The position numbers were made by a program, and so were the translations under genes. 64,000 bases of DNA from Macrostomum lignano (lineage: Eukaryota): positions 248,001 to 312,000 of the forward strand of contig NIVC01000449.1 in the NCBI GenBank assembly GCA_002269645.1, written 5' to 3'. The notes below the pieces were generated by a model, which saw nothing but the letters and a program-made list of their open reading frames with translations, had not been told where the DNA came from and ran no database searches. Of the stretch, positions 22,405-35,400 are shown one piece after another (position 1 is the stretch's first letter; every line of letters begins with the position of its first letter).

Positions 22405-23790
22405 ATAGATTGTGTATATGGTTTTGGAGGTAGACAATGATAAATTTTTCACGAGTGGCGAAGCCACGAGTGACTAAAATTTATCATTGTCTATGACAAA
22501 ACCATATACACAAACACATTGTCTCATGAATGTATTTTTAGAAGCCTAAAATAATGATTCCTAAGCGTGGAATAATGAGCGTACAGCATGACACAATGCG
22601 CTTTTATATACGGTGTTGCCAAGCCTTCAAATTTCATCAGCACGTCAATCACATGTGACTGAATAATTTCTGACTTCCGCGGCCAACAGCCTTCACCTAA
22701 TCAAAACCATAGACACAAATCTACTATTGTCTACCTTTAAAACTATAGAAAAAATTTACCATTGTCTGCCTCCAAAACCATAGACAGCACAATCTACCAT
22801 TACCTGCCTCCAAAACCATAGACACAATCTACCATTACCTGCCTCCAAAACCATCGACACAATCTACCAATACCTGCCTCCAAAACCATAGACACAATCT
22901 ACCATTACCTGCCTCCAAAACCATAGACACAATCTACCATTACCTGCCTCCAAAACCATAGACACAATCTACCATTTTCTGCCTCTAAAACCATAGACAC
23001 AATCTACCATTACCTGCCTCCAAAACCATAGACACAATCTACCAATTCCTGACTCCAAAACCATAGACACAATCTACCATTATCTGACTCCAAAACCATA
23101 CACACAATCTACCATTATCTGACTCTAAAACCATAGACACAATCTACCATTATCTGACTCCAAAACCATAGACACAATCTACCATTACCTGACTCCAAAA
23201 CCATAGACACAATCTACCATTACCTGACTCCAAAGCCATAGACACAATCTACCATTACCTGCCTCTAAAACCATAGACACAATCTACCGTTGTCTGCCTT
23301 CAAAACCATAGACGCAATCTACCATTACCTGACTCCAAAACCAAAGACACAATCTACCATTGTCTGCCTCCAAAACCATAGACACAATCTACCAATTCCT
23401 GACTCCAAAACCATAGACACAATCTACCATTATCTGACTCCAAAACCATACACACAATCTACCATTATCTGACTCTAAAACCATAGACACAATCTACCAT
23501 TATCTGACTCCAAAACCATAGACACAATCTACCATTACCTGACTCCAAAACCATAGACACAATCTACCATTACCTGACTCCAAAGCCATAGACACAATCT
23601 ACCATTACCTGCCTCTAAAACCATAGACACAATCTACCGTTGTCTGCCTTCAAAACCATAGACGCAATCTACCATTACCTGACTCCAAAACCAAAGACAC
23701 AATCTACCATTACCTGCCTCCAAAACCATAGACACAATCTACCATTGTCTGCGCTGCTTAAAAAACCACAGAGACAATCTACCATTATAA
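22405..23790. mobile_element. Non-autonomous palindromic element whose right terminal repeat is amplified into a 35-bp minisatellite
   Basis: About 100-bp hairpin at 22411-22512 centred on GTGGCGAAGCCAC; array (AAAACCATAGACACAATCTACCATTACCTGCCTCC)n at 22700-23790 is the reverse complement of the left terminus. Confidence 0.65.
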
Positions 23791-24262
23791 AGTAAGAAAG
23801 CATATGTGCAATTCAAGTACGAGGTCGATTAGTTTGAAAAAACTATTTATAATAATAGCTGTATTTTCTAAACCGGTTCCAAAAAGATTCCTTTTCTTTC
23901 GCATTGCGTTGAATAAAGAATAGTATAAAAATCAACAAAGGACGTTAAAGTAACTTTAATTTCGCCGTAAAGTTTGCGGTTTCAAATATTACTTTTAATG
24001 GTAACAAGAAAGCTGTCAAACTCTTACGGAAACAACAAAAAACTCGGTACGCTCGTATCTCACCCGAACGTCTAAATATAATCCAACCAAATTCCGCCAA
24101 TGGTGAGAAGATCCAAGCTGATTGGTTATAGTAAGCTGAAAAATCATCGCTTCTAGTAGCTCGTACTCCAGTAGTTATAAAATCCAAAACCAAATCTGAA
24201 ATTCTTCAAACAACAGACTTAAGAGTTAATAATCGCCAAAAAACATAACTGTGTGCTTGTCA

Positions 24263-24982
24263 ATGCATATTTCCCTGTTTCATTCGACATTTCTGTGCGT
24301 TATTGTGACCTGCGCTGTTGCCAGGGTTGCTAAGATCTCATATGTCGGTTGCTACCAAGACGGTGACAACTCGAACAGAGACTTGACCGGTCTGAAGGGA
24401 CTGAGCCAGCTGGGGCCGTACAGTATTAATGATAGAATCGGGATCATAAGCGATCCTGATAGGATGTCGTTGGAGTTTTGCAGCGACGTCTGCTCTCTGG
24501 GCGGCTTTCCTTACTTTGCAGTGCAGAACATATGGTACTGCTTCTGCGGCACAACCTATGGCTTGCATGGAAAGCTCGACGAGAGCAAGTGCAACAAGAA
24601 CTGCGCCGGAAATCCATCGCAGACTTGCGGAGGCTTCGGCATCAACTCGGTGTTTGCTTTAATCTACCCGAGTAAGTTGAAATTAATACGTAACTGCAGT
24701 AATATTTCACATAATTTCTTTTTAAAAACAACATGCGCTTCAGACAGGAACATCTACAACATTGTGAAGCATTCGGAATTCCCTGGAATGACCACCAGCA
24801 AGACCTTGTCCTGGCCAGCTGCTGCCCAGTCTGACGCTGACTGCCTGCTCCAGTGCAGCGCCAGAGCCGACTGTCAGGCTGCAGTTTTCTCCCAGCGGCT
24901 GCTCGCCTGCCACCTGCTGGCGTTCGCCCAGCCACCGGCCAGCCTGACCGGACCCAACTGGACTCTGTTCGTGCGCAGCTGA
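24263..24982 (+). CDS. Secreted WSC-domain plus PAN/apple-domain protein, paralog 2 (exons 24263-24671 and 24744-24982)
   Basis: Signal peptide MHISLFHSTFLCVIVTCAVA; WSC YVGCY...MSLEFCSDVC...YCFCG...C...CAGNPSQTCGG; donor CCG A|GTAAGT at the same position as in paralog 1; PAN-like ADCLLQCSARADCQAAVFS...CHLL. Confidence 0.87.
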   Translation: MHISLFHSTFLCVIVTCAVARVAKISYVGCYQDGDNSNRDLTGLKGLSQLGPYSINDRIGIISDPDRMSLEFCSDVCSLGGFPYFAVQNIWYCFCGTTYGLHGKLDESKCNKNCAGNPSQTCGGFGINSVFALIYPSKLKLIRNCSNISHNFFLKTTCASDRNIYNIVKHSEFPGMTTSKTLSWPAAAQSDADCLLQCSARADCQAAVFSQRLLACHLLAFAQPPASLTGPNWTLFVRS

Positions 24983-25261
24983 GGGAGAACGCGTTTGACT
25001 TGCGCTGACATGAGCCTGCTGTCGATCGATATAACTCTGAGTACTAATGAGACTTCAATTTTAAATCGAGTCACTGAGATAAAAAAGTTTGAATTTTAAA
25101 TAAAACGACCCTTTATTCATTGCAATTGGTTAAGACCAAAGTCTACCAAAAAACTATATCAATGAGTGACTTTTTTTACTGACTCTCAAATACGAGTATA
25201 GTCTTGCAACAACTATGAATGGATTCAATAAAACTAAACGCTTTTTGGGCGCCAAAATGGG

Positions 25262-26045
25262 GGCTGACTGTGCACAAAAATGAGTGACTGTGGCACAAAA
25301 ATGAGTGACTGTGGCACTAAAATGAGCGACTGTGCACAAAAATGAGTGACTGTGGCACAAAAATGAGTGACTGTGGCACAAAAATGAGTGACTGTGGCAC
25401 AAAAATGAGTGACTGTGGCACAAAAATGAGTGACTGTGGCACAAAAATGGGTGACTGTGGCACTGAAATGAGTGACTTTAGCACAAAAATAGGTGACTGT
25501 GCACTAAAATAAGTGACTGTGGCACTAAAATGAGTGACTGTGGCACTAAAATGAGTGACTGTGCACTAAAATAAGTGACTGTGGCACTAAAATGAGTGAC
25601 TGTGGCACTAAAATGAGTGACTGTGCACTAAAATAAGTGACTGTGGCACTAAAATAAGTGACTGTGGCACTAAAATAAGTGACTGTGGCACTAAAATGAG
25701 TGACTGTGGCACTAAAATGAGTGACTGTGGCACTGAAATGAGTGACTGTGGCACTAAAATGAGTGACTGTGGCACTGAAATGAGTGACTGTGGCACTGAA
25801 ATGAGTGACTGTGGCACCAAAATGAGTGACTGTGGCACTAAAATGAGTGACTGTGGCACAAAAATGAGTGACTGTGGCACCAAAATGAGTGACTGTGGCA
25901 CCAAAATGAGTGACTGTGGCACCAAAATGAGTGACTGTGGCACCAAAATGAGTGACTGTGGCACCAAAATGAGTGACTGTGGCACCAAAATGAGTGACTG
26001 TGGCACTAAAATGAGTGACTGTGGCACTATAATAAGTGACGCGGC
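25262..26045. repeat. 21-bp minisatellite (AAAATGAGTGACTGTGGCACT)n
   Basis: About 37 tandem units with minor variants. Confidence 0.96.
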
Positions 26046-26391
26046 ACTAAAATGAATGACTGTATGAATGAATAAATGTGGTGCCAAAATAAGTGAGTGT
26101 GATGAGTGGTAAATTGTGTTCGAACAGTTAGTATGGGAATTTTCCTGGAAATTTTTTAATGAAGAATTTAATAAATAATCAGTGAATAAAGGAGCCCTCA
26201 ATAATACCATATCATAGATACGTACGAGCTTATGCAATGTTTGGTCAGCAAAATTCTCATTGTTTCCGGCTTGTGCTGGGTATCAAATAACTATAAAGCT
26301 TATATTGACACAGTCTGAAGCCACGCTTTCTTACGGTGAATAATATTTATTGAGCACACCATGCAGATGTGCAACCGACAGCTCAGCCGCA

Positions 26392-26612
26392 GCTATTGCG
26401 CGGCGCATCTGAAGGCTGCGTACGGCTGTTCAGTCCAAGGACTGGGGGGGGGGGTCACCACACACACCCTCAATTACCCCAGCTAATGCTGGCACCCATT
26501 TTACAGCTGGGTGAACTGAAGCAATGCAAAGTTAAGTGTCTTTCTTGCTCAATGGCACAATGAATCGAACCCCCGACCCTTCAGTCGGGAATCTAACGCT
26601 CTAACCACTATA
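26392..26612 (-). mobile_element. tRNA-derived SINE, family A, second copy
   Basis: Reverse complement of 13382-13625 (GCTATTGCGCGGCGCATCTGAAGGCTGCGTACGGCTGTTCAGTCCAAGGACT...). Confidence 0.85.
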
Positions 26613-27714
26613 TAGAAGCTCTTTTTTATCATTCCAGCTTACGAATGCCTACCATGCCTACCATTTTTTGCAAATTCTGCTCTATATTTACCCAAAGAGT
26701 TATCGATCTCAACACAACGCAACACAGAACTTTCCCATTATTCAAGTTTGCTCTGCATGTCGAAGAAAATTTCCGGTGTTGATGAGACAGCTTAAGGCAG
26801 GTTGATGAAGGTTCTCAAATAAGTGACAGTACTCCCGGGTTTAATAAAGCTTGACTGCTTTGTTTAACTAGACGAAATATTGACGGTACTCAATAAAATC
26901 TTGGCCAAAACTAAAAATTTGCATATTCTTGTCCACTAGATGACGATTTCACGAGTTGACAATTTTTTCATGAGGTAAAAGCTTCTCAGGGCCAAAATTT
27001 CATGAGCAAGCTAGGAATTGAACCTACCGTCGAACGACTTTACCTGCACTCTCAAAAATGGCTACCACAGACGGAATCTTCTGTGATGGCGAGTCTTTGA
27101 TGTTGCTGAGTTTAGTTTTAGTTTCAGTTTCAGTTTTAGTTTTAGTTGCTGGGTCAATTGACAATGAATCTGGATACTGCAGTTGGTGCCCAAACAGTTT
27201 TATACAGAATTGTAGCTAAACTCGTGCAAATTCCGTTATGGTCAGTTGTTCCCAATCCAAACCCAGGCAGGTTAGGCTTTATGATTTGAGCATAATTCAG
27301 ACCAGGTTGTAAAATTCAAATAAGCGATCTACATGTAGCAGCTGCTTTAGTTATGAGAGTTGGCATCCAGCATTGGGTTGGTGCGACATGCAAACATTTA
27401 TCTTGGCAACTGCAAACTCTGATATTTAACACCGATCCTGTTGGTGCTGACTAAAAGCTTTCCCGGTGCGTTCAGTTTTTGTGGACGCTGCAAAGGGGAG
27501 AACTTATCTTAATTGAAATTCAAATTACGCTCGTAGTAGTCTGCTAAATCATTTACCTAATCTTTAAAGGCTTATGGGGAAATCGCTAAGATGCTAAGAA
27601 TCACCCATGGTATTAGGAGTAGGGTTTAGGGTCAGTTTTGGGGTTAGAGTTGGGGCTCAATCATAGAACAACTCATAGAATAATCGCCGTGTCAATCATA
27701 AAATATGGCGGAAG

Positions 27715-28790
27715 GCTGTCGGCAGCGGAGAGGTCACTGAGTGTGGCAGCGGTCAGGTCACTGAGTGGGGCAGCGGTCAGGTCACTGAGTGGGGCAGCGG
27801 TCAGGTCACTGAGTGGGGCAGCGGTCAGGTCACTGAGTGAGGCAGCGGTCAGGTCACTGAGTGGGGCAGCGGTCAGGTCACTGAGTGAGGCAGCGGAGAG
27901 GTCACTGAGTGAGGCAGCGGAGAGGTCACTGAGTGAGGCAGCGGAGAGGTCACTGAGTGAGGCAGCGGAGAGGTCACTGAGTGAGGCAGCGGAGAGGTCA
28001 CTGAGTGAGGCAGCGGAGAGGTCACTGAGTGAGGCAGCGGAGAGGTCACTGAGTGAGGCAGCGGAGAGGTCACTGAGTGAGGCAGCGGAGAGGTCACTGA
28101 GTGGTCGTAGCGGAGAGGTCACTGAGTGAGGCAGCGGAGAGGTCACTGAGTGAGGCAGCGGAGAGGTCACTGAGTGAGGCAGCGGAGAGGTCACTGAGTG
28201 AGGCAGCGGAGAGGTCACTGAGTGAGGCAGCGGAGAGGTCACTGAGTGAGGCAGCGGAGAGGTCACTGAGTGAGGCAGCGGAGAGGTCACTGAGTGGTCG
28301 TAGCGGAGAGGTCACTGAGTGAGGCAGCGGAGAGGTCACTGAGTGAGGCAGCGGAGAGGTCACTGAGTGGTCGTAGCGGAGAGGTCACTGAGTGAGGCAG
28401 CGGAGAGGTCACTGAGTGGGGCAGCGGTCAGGTCACTGAGTGAGGCAGCGGTCAGGTCACTGAGTGAGGCAGCGGTCAGGTCACTGAGTGGGGCAGCGGT
28501 CAGGTCACTGAGTGGGGCAGCGGAGAGGTCACTGAGTGAGGCAGCGGATAGTTCACTCAAGGAGGCAGCGGAGAGGTCACTGAGTGGTCGTAGCGGAGAG
28601 GTCACTGAGTGAGGAAGCGGAGAGGTCACTGAGTGAGGCAGCGGAGAGGTCACTGAGTGAGGAAGCGGAGAGGTCACGAGTGGTCGTAGCGGAGGGGTCA
28701 CTGAGTGAGGCAGCGGAGAGGTCACTGAGTGAGGCAGCGGAGAGGTCACTGAGTGAGGCAGCGGAGAGGTCACTGAGTGGGGCAGCTGTG
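27715..28790. repeat. 24-bp minisatellite (GGTCACTGAGTGAGGCAGCGGAGA)n
   Basis: About 44 units, with periodic GGTCGTAGCGG variant units. Confidence 0.96.
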
Positions 28791-29421
28791 AACCCACATA
28801 GCATAATAATGTAATATACTTTTGTACCAATTCGTATTAAGGACAAATAAATTCACAATCCAATTCAAATTCATGAGATAGCAATTGACAAAAGTTGATT
28901 CAATTATGTCTTAAATGTAATTTTTCATTGCTAAAAATGTCTTGATTGCAAAAAGTTGAAAGATGCTTTCAAACAATAAACAGCAGTACGTACTGTACTT
29001 TCTTGTAAACAATCCAGTCATGAATACAAATATAAATAAATACATGAATAAATCTGATTGTACAGTCGATTTGTCGGGCGTGCGCAGTCTGTAAAAATGT
29101 GCAATTGTATATAATCATGATACAAAAACAATAATGGACTACAAAATCAAAATCAGATTAGGAGGAAGCAAAGCATAGCTAAGTTTAAAGCTTGGCAAAA
29201 AATTGGTTGCAAAAATTGGACACAACAAAAAAATGGAAAAATATTGCACTTGCAAGTGTGAGCCATGGCATTGCAAAATGGCGATTGGAATGATTCAAAG
29301 AAATACCGTTTTGTACCACTTTATCAATCAAAAAGACGTTTTTATCGAAGACATTTATCAGATTTCGAGTAGAACTTTAAATAAACTTGGCAGGGGTCAA
29401 ACATTCATTTAGGTTCTGAGT

Positions 29422-32400
29422 TCACAGCCACCACTCTTTGCCGCGAACCGCTGGCAGAGCTCCGCCTTGTCGTTGAAGCGCTGCATCAGCATCATCTTCA
29501 TCTAGGATCCCGTCGCCAGCCTCCTTGGTCTCGTAGTCGCCCCTCTCAAAAGTGTAATTGCGCATAAAGCAGGCAACGAATAGCAGTGTGAGCAGGGCTA
29601 AACAGCTGATTGAGACCAGCACCACGATTGTCTGGTTGCGCTGTTGGATCTCTTCCGGTCGGACAAAGGACAGGTTTGGCGGGATGGTCGGGTAGGGCCG
29701 GATTTCCGCAGGGTCTGCGATGGGCAGCACCTGAATCGGGTGTTGGGGTTGCCATTTAAGGCTATTCATAAAAGTATAACGAAATCACAGACTATCCTGA
29801 AGCAACATCACAGACTATCCTGAAGCAATCACAGACTATCGTGAAGCAACATCACAGACTATCCTGAAGCAATCACAGACTATCCTGAAGCAATCACAGA
29901 CTATCCTGAAGCAATCACAGACTATCCTGAAGCAATCACAGACTATCCTGAAGCAATCACAGACTATCTTAAAGCAATCACAGACTATCCTGAAGCAATC
30001 ACAGACTATCCTAAAGCACATCACAGACTATCCTGAAGCAATCACAGACTATTCTGAAGCAACATCACAGACTATCCTGAAGCAATCACAGACTATCCTG
30101 AAGCAATCACAGACTATCCTGAAGCAATCACAGACTATCCTGAAGCACATCACAGACTATCCTGAAGCAATCACAGACTATCCTGAAGCAACAGCACAGT
30201 CTATCCTAAAGCAATCACAGACTATCCTGAAGCAATCACAGACTATCCTGAGCAATCACAGACTATCCTAAAGCACATCACAGACTATCCTGAAGCAATC
30301 ACAGACTATTCTGAAGCAACATCACAGACTATCCTGAAGCAATCACAGACTATCCTGAAGCAATCACAGACTATCCTGAAGCAACATCACAGACTATCCT
30401 GAAGCAACAGCACAGTCTATCCTGAAGCAACATCACAGACTATCCTGAAGCAACAGCACAGTCTATCCTGAAGCAACATCACAGACTATCCTGAAGCAAC
30501 ATCACAGACTATCCTGAAGCAACAGCACAGTCTATCCTGATGCAACATCACAGACTATCCTGAAGCAACATCACAGACTATCCTGAAGCAACAGCACAGT
30601 CTATCCTGAAGCAACATCACAGACTATCTTAAAGCAATCACAGACTATCCCTGAAGCATTGAGGACTATCCCTGAAGCATTCAGTACTATCCTGAAGCAT
30701 TAAGGACTATCCTGAAGCATTGAGGACTATCCCTGAAGCATTGAGGACTACTATCCCTGAAGGATTGAGGACTATCCCTGAAGCATTGAGGACTACTATC
30801 CCTGAAGGATTGAGGACTATCCCTGAAGCATTGAGGACTATCCTGAAGCATTGAGGACTATCCCTGAAGCATTCAAGACGATCCCTGAATAATTTACGAC
30901 AACCCCTGAAGCATTTAAGGCTATATTCTCTCACCTCCTCATTCCCGCAATAGTCCTCCTTAACTCCGGAGGACACAGCCACCCTCTCATTTGCTGGCTC
31001 CTGAAACGCGGCCTTTAACGGAAAGAAGTTGTTGAACTGAGCCCTGTAGATGCAGCCCTCGAATCCTGCAGGCATGCTGCTGTTTCTGCCGATGTAGATT
31101 CTGGCCGGGTTGTCCAGCCGAGTGTCCGAGGTCTCGTGCAGGATGGGCGAGAAGTCGTGGAACTGCACTGGGTAGTCGTCAATCTTGATGTTCACCTGTG
31201 CGAGTGGAAAGGGGCGATTCTTTTATTGGTTTACTTGAATATATTCTAGCTTTCCCCGTTTCCCTGTCCGTCTCTTCCTCTCCGTCTCTCTCTGTCACTC
31301 TCTCCCTGTCACTCTCTCCCTGTCACTCTCTCCCTGTCACTCTCTCCCTGTCACTCTCTCCCTGTCACTCTCTCCCTGTCACTCTCTCCCTGTCACTCTC
31401 TCCCTGTCACTCTCTCCCTGTCACTCTCTCCCTGTCACTCTCTCCCTGTCACTCTCTCCATGTCACTCTCTCCCTGTCACTCTCTCTCTGTCACTCTCTC
31501 CATGTCACTCTCTCTCTGTCACTCTCTCCCTGTCACTCTCTCTCTGTCACTCTCTCCCTGTCACTCTCTCCCTGTCACTCTCTCCCTGTCACTCTTTCCC
31601 TGTCACTCTCTCCCTGTCACTCTCTCCCTGTCACTCTCTCCCTGTCACTCTCTCCCTGTCACTCTCTCCCTGTCACTCACTCTCTCCCTGTCACTTTCTC
31701 CATGTCACTCTCTCCATGTCACTCTCTCTCTGTCACTCTCTCCCTGTCACTCTCTCCCTGTCACTCTCTCTCTGTCACTCTTTCCCTGTCACTCTTTTCC
31801 TGTCACTCTCTCCCTGCCCTTCACTCTCTCCCTGCCCCTCCCTCCATGTTCCTCTCACATTCTCCCCGTCACTCTCTCCCTTTCCTCTCACTCTCACCCT
31901 CTCACTCTAACCCTCTAATCCTCTCCCCGTTAATTTCTCCCTCCCACCCGCTCCCTCCACTCTCTCTCCGTGTCACCTTAAATTCTGTCAATAAACACAG
32001 CCATAATAAAGTGGCCATGCATCTCCCTCTATGCCCGAAGCTCACCTGCCTGCCAGCCTTAGTCCTGTACACAATAACCGTGTGATGCTGATCGTTAGCC
32101 AGATCCACGTCCAGCCCGCTGGTTGTCACCTCGTGCCAGCGGAATCCGACATTGATTTCCACCGTGATGCCGCCGGCATTGTTTAAACGAACAATGATTG
32201 ACTCACTGCGGGTTGTTAAGTTTCCTTACTAAAATATGTGTTCTGTTTAGTTTGTTTATATTTCACCTACTCTTAGTAATATGAAGCGGTATGAATGAAA
32301 TTCATTTAATTATCAACAATTTTTACTCTTCGAGTTTGAGAAGTCTCAAGCTTTGAGAAGTGTCGAGTTTTGAGAAGTGTCGAGTTTTGAGAAGTGTCGA

Positions 32401-35400
32401 GTTTTGAGAAGTGTCGAGTTTTGAGAAGTGTCGAGTTTTGAGAAGTGTCGAGTTTTGAGAAGTGTCGAGTTTTGAGAAGTGTCGAGTTTTGAGAAGTGTC
32501 GAGTTTTGAGAAGTGTCGAGTTTTGAGAAGTGTCGAGTTTTGAGAAGTGTCGAGTTTTGAGAAGTGTCGAGTTTTGAGAAGTGTCGAGTTTTGAGAAGTG
32601 TCGAGTTTTGAGAAGTGTCGAGTTTTGAGAAGTGTCGAGTTTTGAGAAGTGTCGAGTTTGAGAAGTGTCAAGTTTGAGAAGTGTCGAGTTTGAGAAGTGT
32701 CGAGTTTGAGAAGTGTCGAGTTTTGAGAAGTGTCGAGTTTGAGAAGTGTCGAGTTTGAGAAGTGTCGAGTTTGAAAAGTGTCAAGTTTTGAGAAGTGTCG
32801 AGTTTGAGAAGTGTCGAGTTTGAAAAGTGTCGAGTTTTGAGAAGTGTCGAGTTTTGAGAAGTGTCGAGTTTTGAGAAGTGTCGAGTTTTGAGAAGTGTCG
32901 AGTTTGAGAAGTGTCGAGTTTGAGAAGTGTCGAGTTTGAGAAGTGTCGAGTTTGAGAAGTGTCGAGTTTGAGAAGTGTCGAGTTTGAAAAGTGTCAAGTT
33001 TTGAGAAGTGTCGAGTTTGAGAAGTGTCGAGTTTTGAGAAGTGTCGAGCTTGACTTGAGAGGTGTCGAGTTTTGAGAAGTGTCGAGCTTGACTTGAGAAG
33101 TGTCGAGCTTGAGAAGTGTCGACTTTGAGAAGTGTTTGTCGAGCTTGATAAACTAACCCTTGGAAATGAATCAATGTTAACTAAACTGCAGAAGAATACG
33201 AACCTCGGCCCTTCAATGGGATTATTTTCGGGTATATCGGGATTCCGAATCTGCATCAGAATTCCGAGCTTCGACCGAGTTTTAAATCCAACTTGAATGT
33301 ATTCATCCACCGTGTTGATTCCTTTTGCGGCGGATTTTTGCGAATAGTCGATGCTGATCTGGTCGGAGCTGGACTTGAAGGTGGCTCCGACCTCCCTGCC
33401 GCAGATGTAACCCCGGTAGGGGGTCAGGCCGCACTCACAGTAGTAGTGAGAGTAGTACTCCACGCATTCGCCTCGGTTCAGGCAGGGGTTGTCCAGGCAA
33501 CGGGGCTGGCAGCCCGCGGTGACGCCGTACGTGACCAGACCGCGCTCCACCATGCCCCGGATGTCCTGTGGGGTTGTTTGGGGTTGGGGTTATTTAGGAT
33601 TGGAGTTGTGTGGGGTTTGAGTTGTTTTGGATTAGAGATTTTTTAGGGTTGGGTTGTGTGGGGTTGATTTGTGTGGGGTTGAAGTTGTGTGAAGTTGGTT
33701 TTTGTGGGGTTGGGGTTGTGTGGGATTGGGGTTTGTGTGGGGTTTGGGGTTGTGTGGGGTTTGGGGTTGTGTGGAGTCGGAGTTGTTTGGGGTTGGGATT
33801 GTTTAGGGTTGTGGCTACTGGGGGTTGGAGTTGACGCATCAAGTTGATACATACTAGTAAAGTTGGTTTGTTGGTATTAATTAGTGTTCCGTGTTTATTG
33901 TAGGGATTATGATTCACAGGAGTATACACCAAAGGTAAATGTAAAAAAGTTTATCAGTTAGTTAGCTACCAAAGACGCACCTGCATCACGCCATTAACCA
34001 TCAGATTGGACAGGCACCCCAGATATCCTTCGTTGAAATTCTGCGTGGCTCCCACAAACAGAGGACTGTTGAATTTCAAGAACTGGAATGCCTGTTCTGA
34101 GGGCTCCCGGTCTCTGCGAGTCTCGTCCTGGTTGAAGGATGCGAGCGGACATACATGTTGTTATTAGTAAGTAACGAACAATTAATAAATCTGGACAAGA
34201 TTTCAAGTGTTTTTAGGAGGGAGATGAAGAGAGACAGAGAGGTAGAAATGGGAGAATCAGAAGTCAAAGAGGGAGATCGGGGAGAGTCAGAGGTTGGAGA
34301 GGGAGATTGGGGGGAGTCAGAAGTTGGAGAGGGAGATTGGGGAGAGTCAGAAGTTGGAGAGGGAGATTGGGGAGAGTCAGAAGTTGGAGAGGGAGATTGG
34401 GGAGAGTCAGAAGTCGGAGAGGGAGATCGGAGGAGAGAATCAGACAGAGAGGGTGATCGCAGAGAGTCAGAGGTCAGAGAGGGAGATCAAGAGAGTCAGA
34501 GGTCAGAGAGGGCGATCGGGGAGAGTCAGAGGCAGAGAGGGCGATCGGGGAGAGTCAGAGGCAGAGAGGGCGATCGGGGAGAGTCAGAAGTTGGAGAGGG
34601 AGAGAGGGAGATCGGGGAGAGTCAGAGGCAGAGAGGGAGATTGGGGAGAGTCAGAAGTTGGAGAGGGAGAGAGGGAGATCGGGGAGAGTCAGAGGCAGAG
34701 AGGGAGATTGGGGAGAGTCAGAAGTTGGAGAGGGAGAGAGGGAGATCGGGGAGAGTCAGAGGCAGAGAGGGAGATCGGGGAGAGTCAGAGGCAGAGAGGG
34801 AGATTGGGGAGAGTCAGAAGTTGGAGAGGGAGATTGGGGAGAGTCAGAGGGAGAGAGGGAGATCGGGGAGAGTCAGAGGCAGAGAGGGCGATCGGGGAGA
34901 GTCAGAGGCAGAGAGGGAGAGAGGGAGATCGGGGAGAATTAGAGACTGAGAGGAAGATAGGAGAGTCAGAGACAGAGAGGGAGATTTGGGAGAGTCAGAG
35001 GCAGAGAAGGAGATCTGGGAGAGTCAGACATCAGAGAGGGAGAGTCAGAGACAGAGAGAGAGGATGAGAGTCAGACAGAGAGGGAGATCGCAGAGAGTCA
35101 GAGGTCAGAGAGGGAGATCAAGAGAGTCAGAGGTCAGAGAGGGAGATCAAGAGAGTCAGAGGTCAGAGAGGGAGATCAAGAGAGTTAGAGGCAGAGAGGG
35201 AGATCAAGAGAGTCAGAGGTCAGAGAGGGAGATCAAGAGAGTCAGAGGTCAGAGAGGGAGATCAAGAGAGTCAGAGGTCAGAGAGGGAGATCAAGAGAGT
35301 CAGAGGTCAGAGAGGGAGATCAAGAGAGTCAGAGGTCAGAGAGGGAGATCAAGAGAGTCAGAGGTCAGAGAGGGAGATCAAGAGAGTCAGAGGTCAGAGA

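Noticed and set aside
27610-27655. Telomere-like TTAGGG variants
   Set aside because: Short and degenerate; more likely part of the repeat flank than an interstitial telomere.
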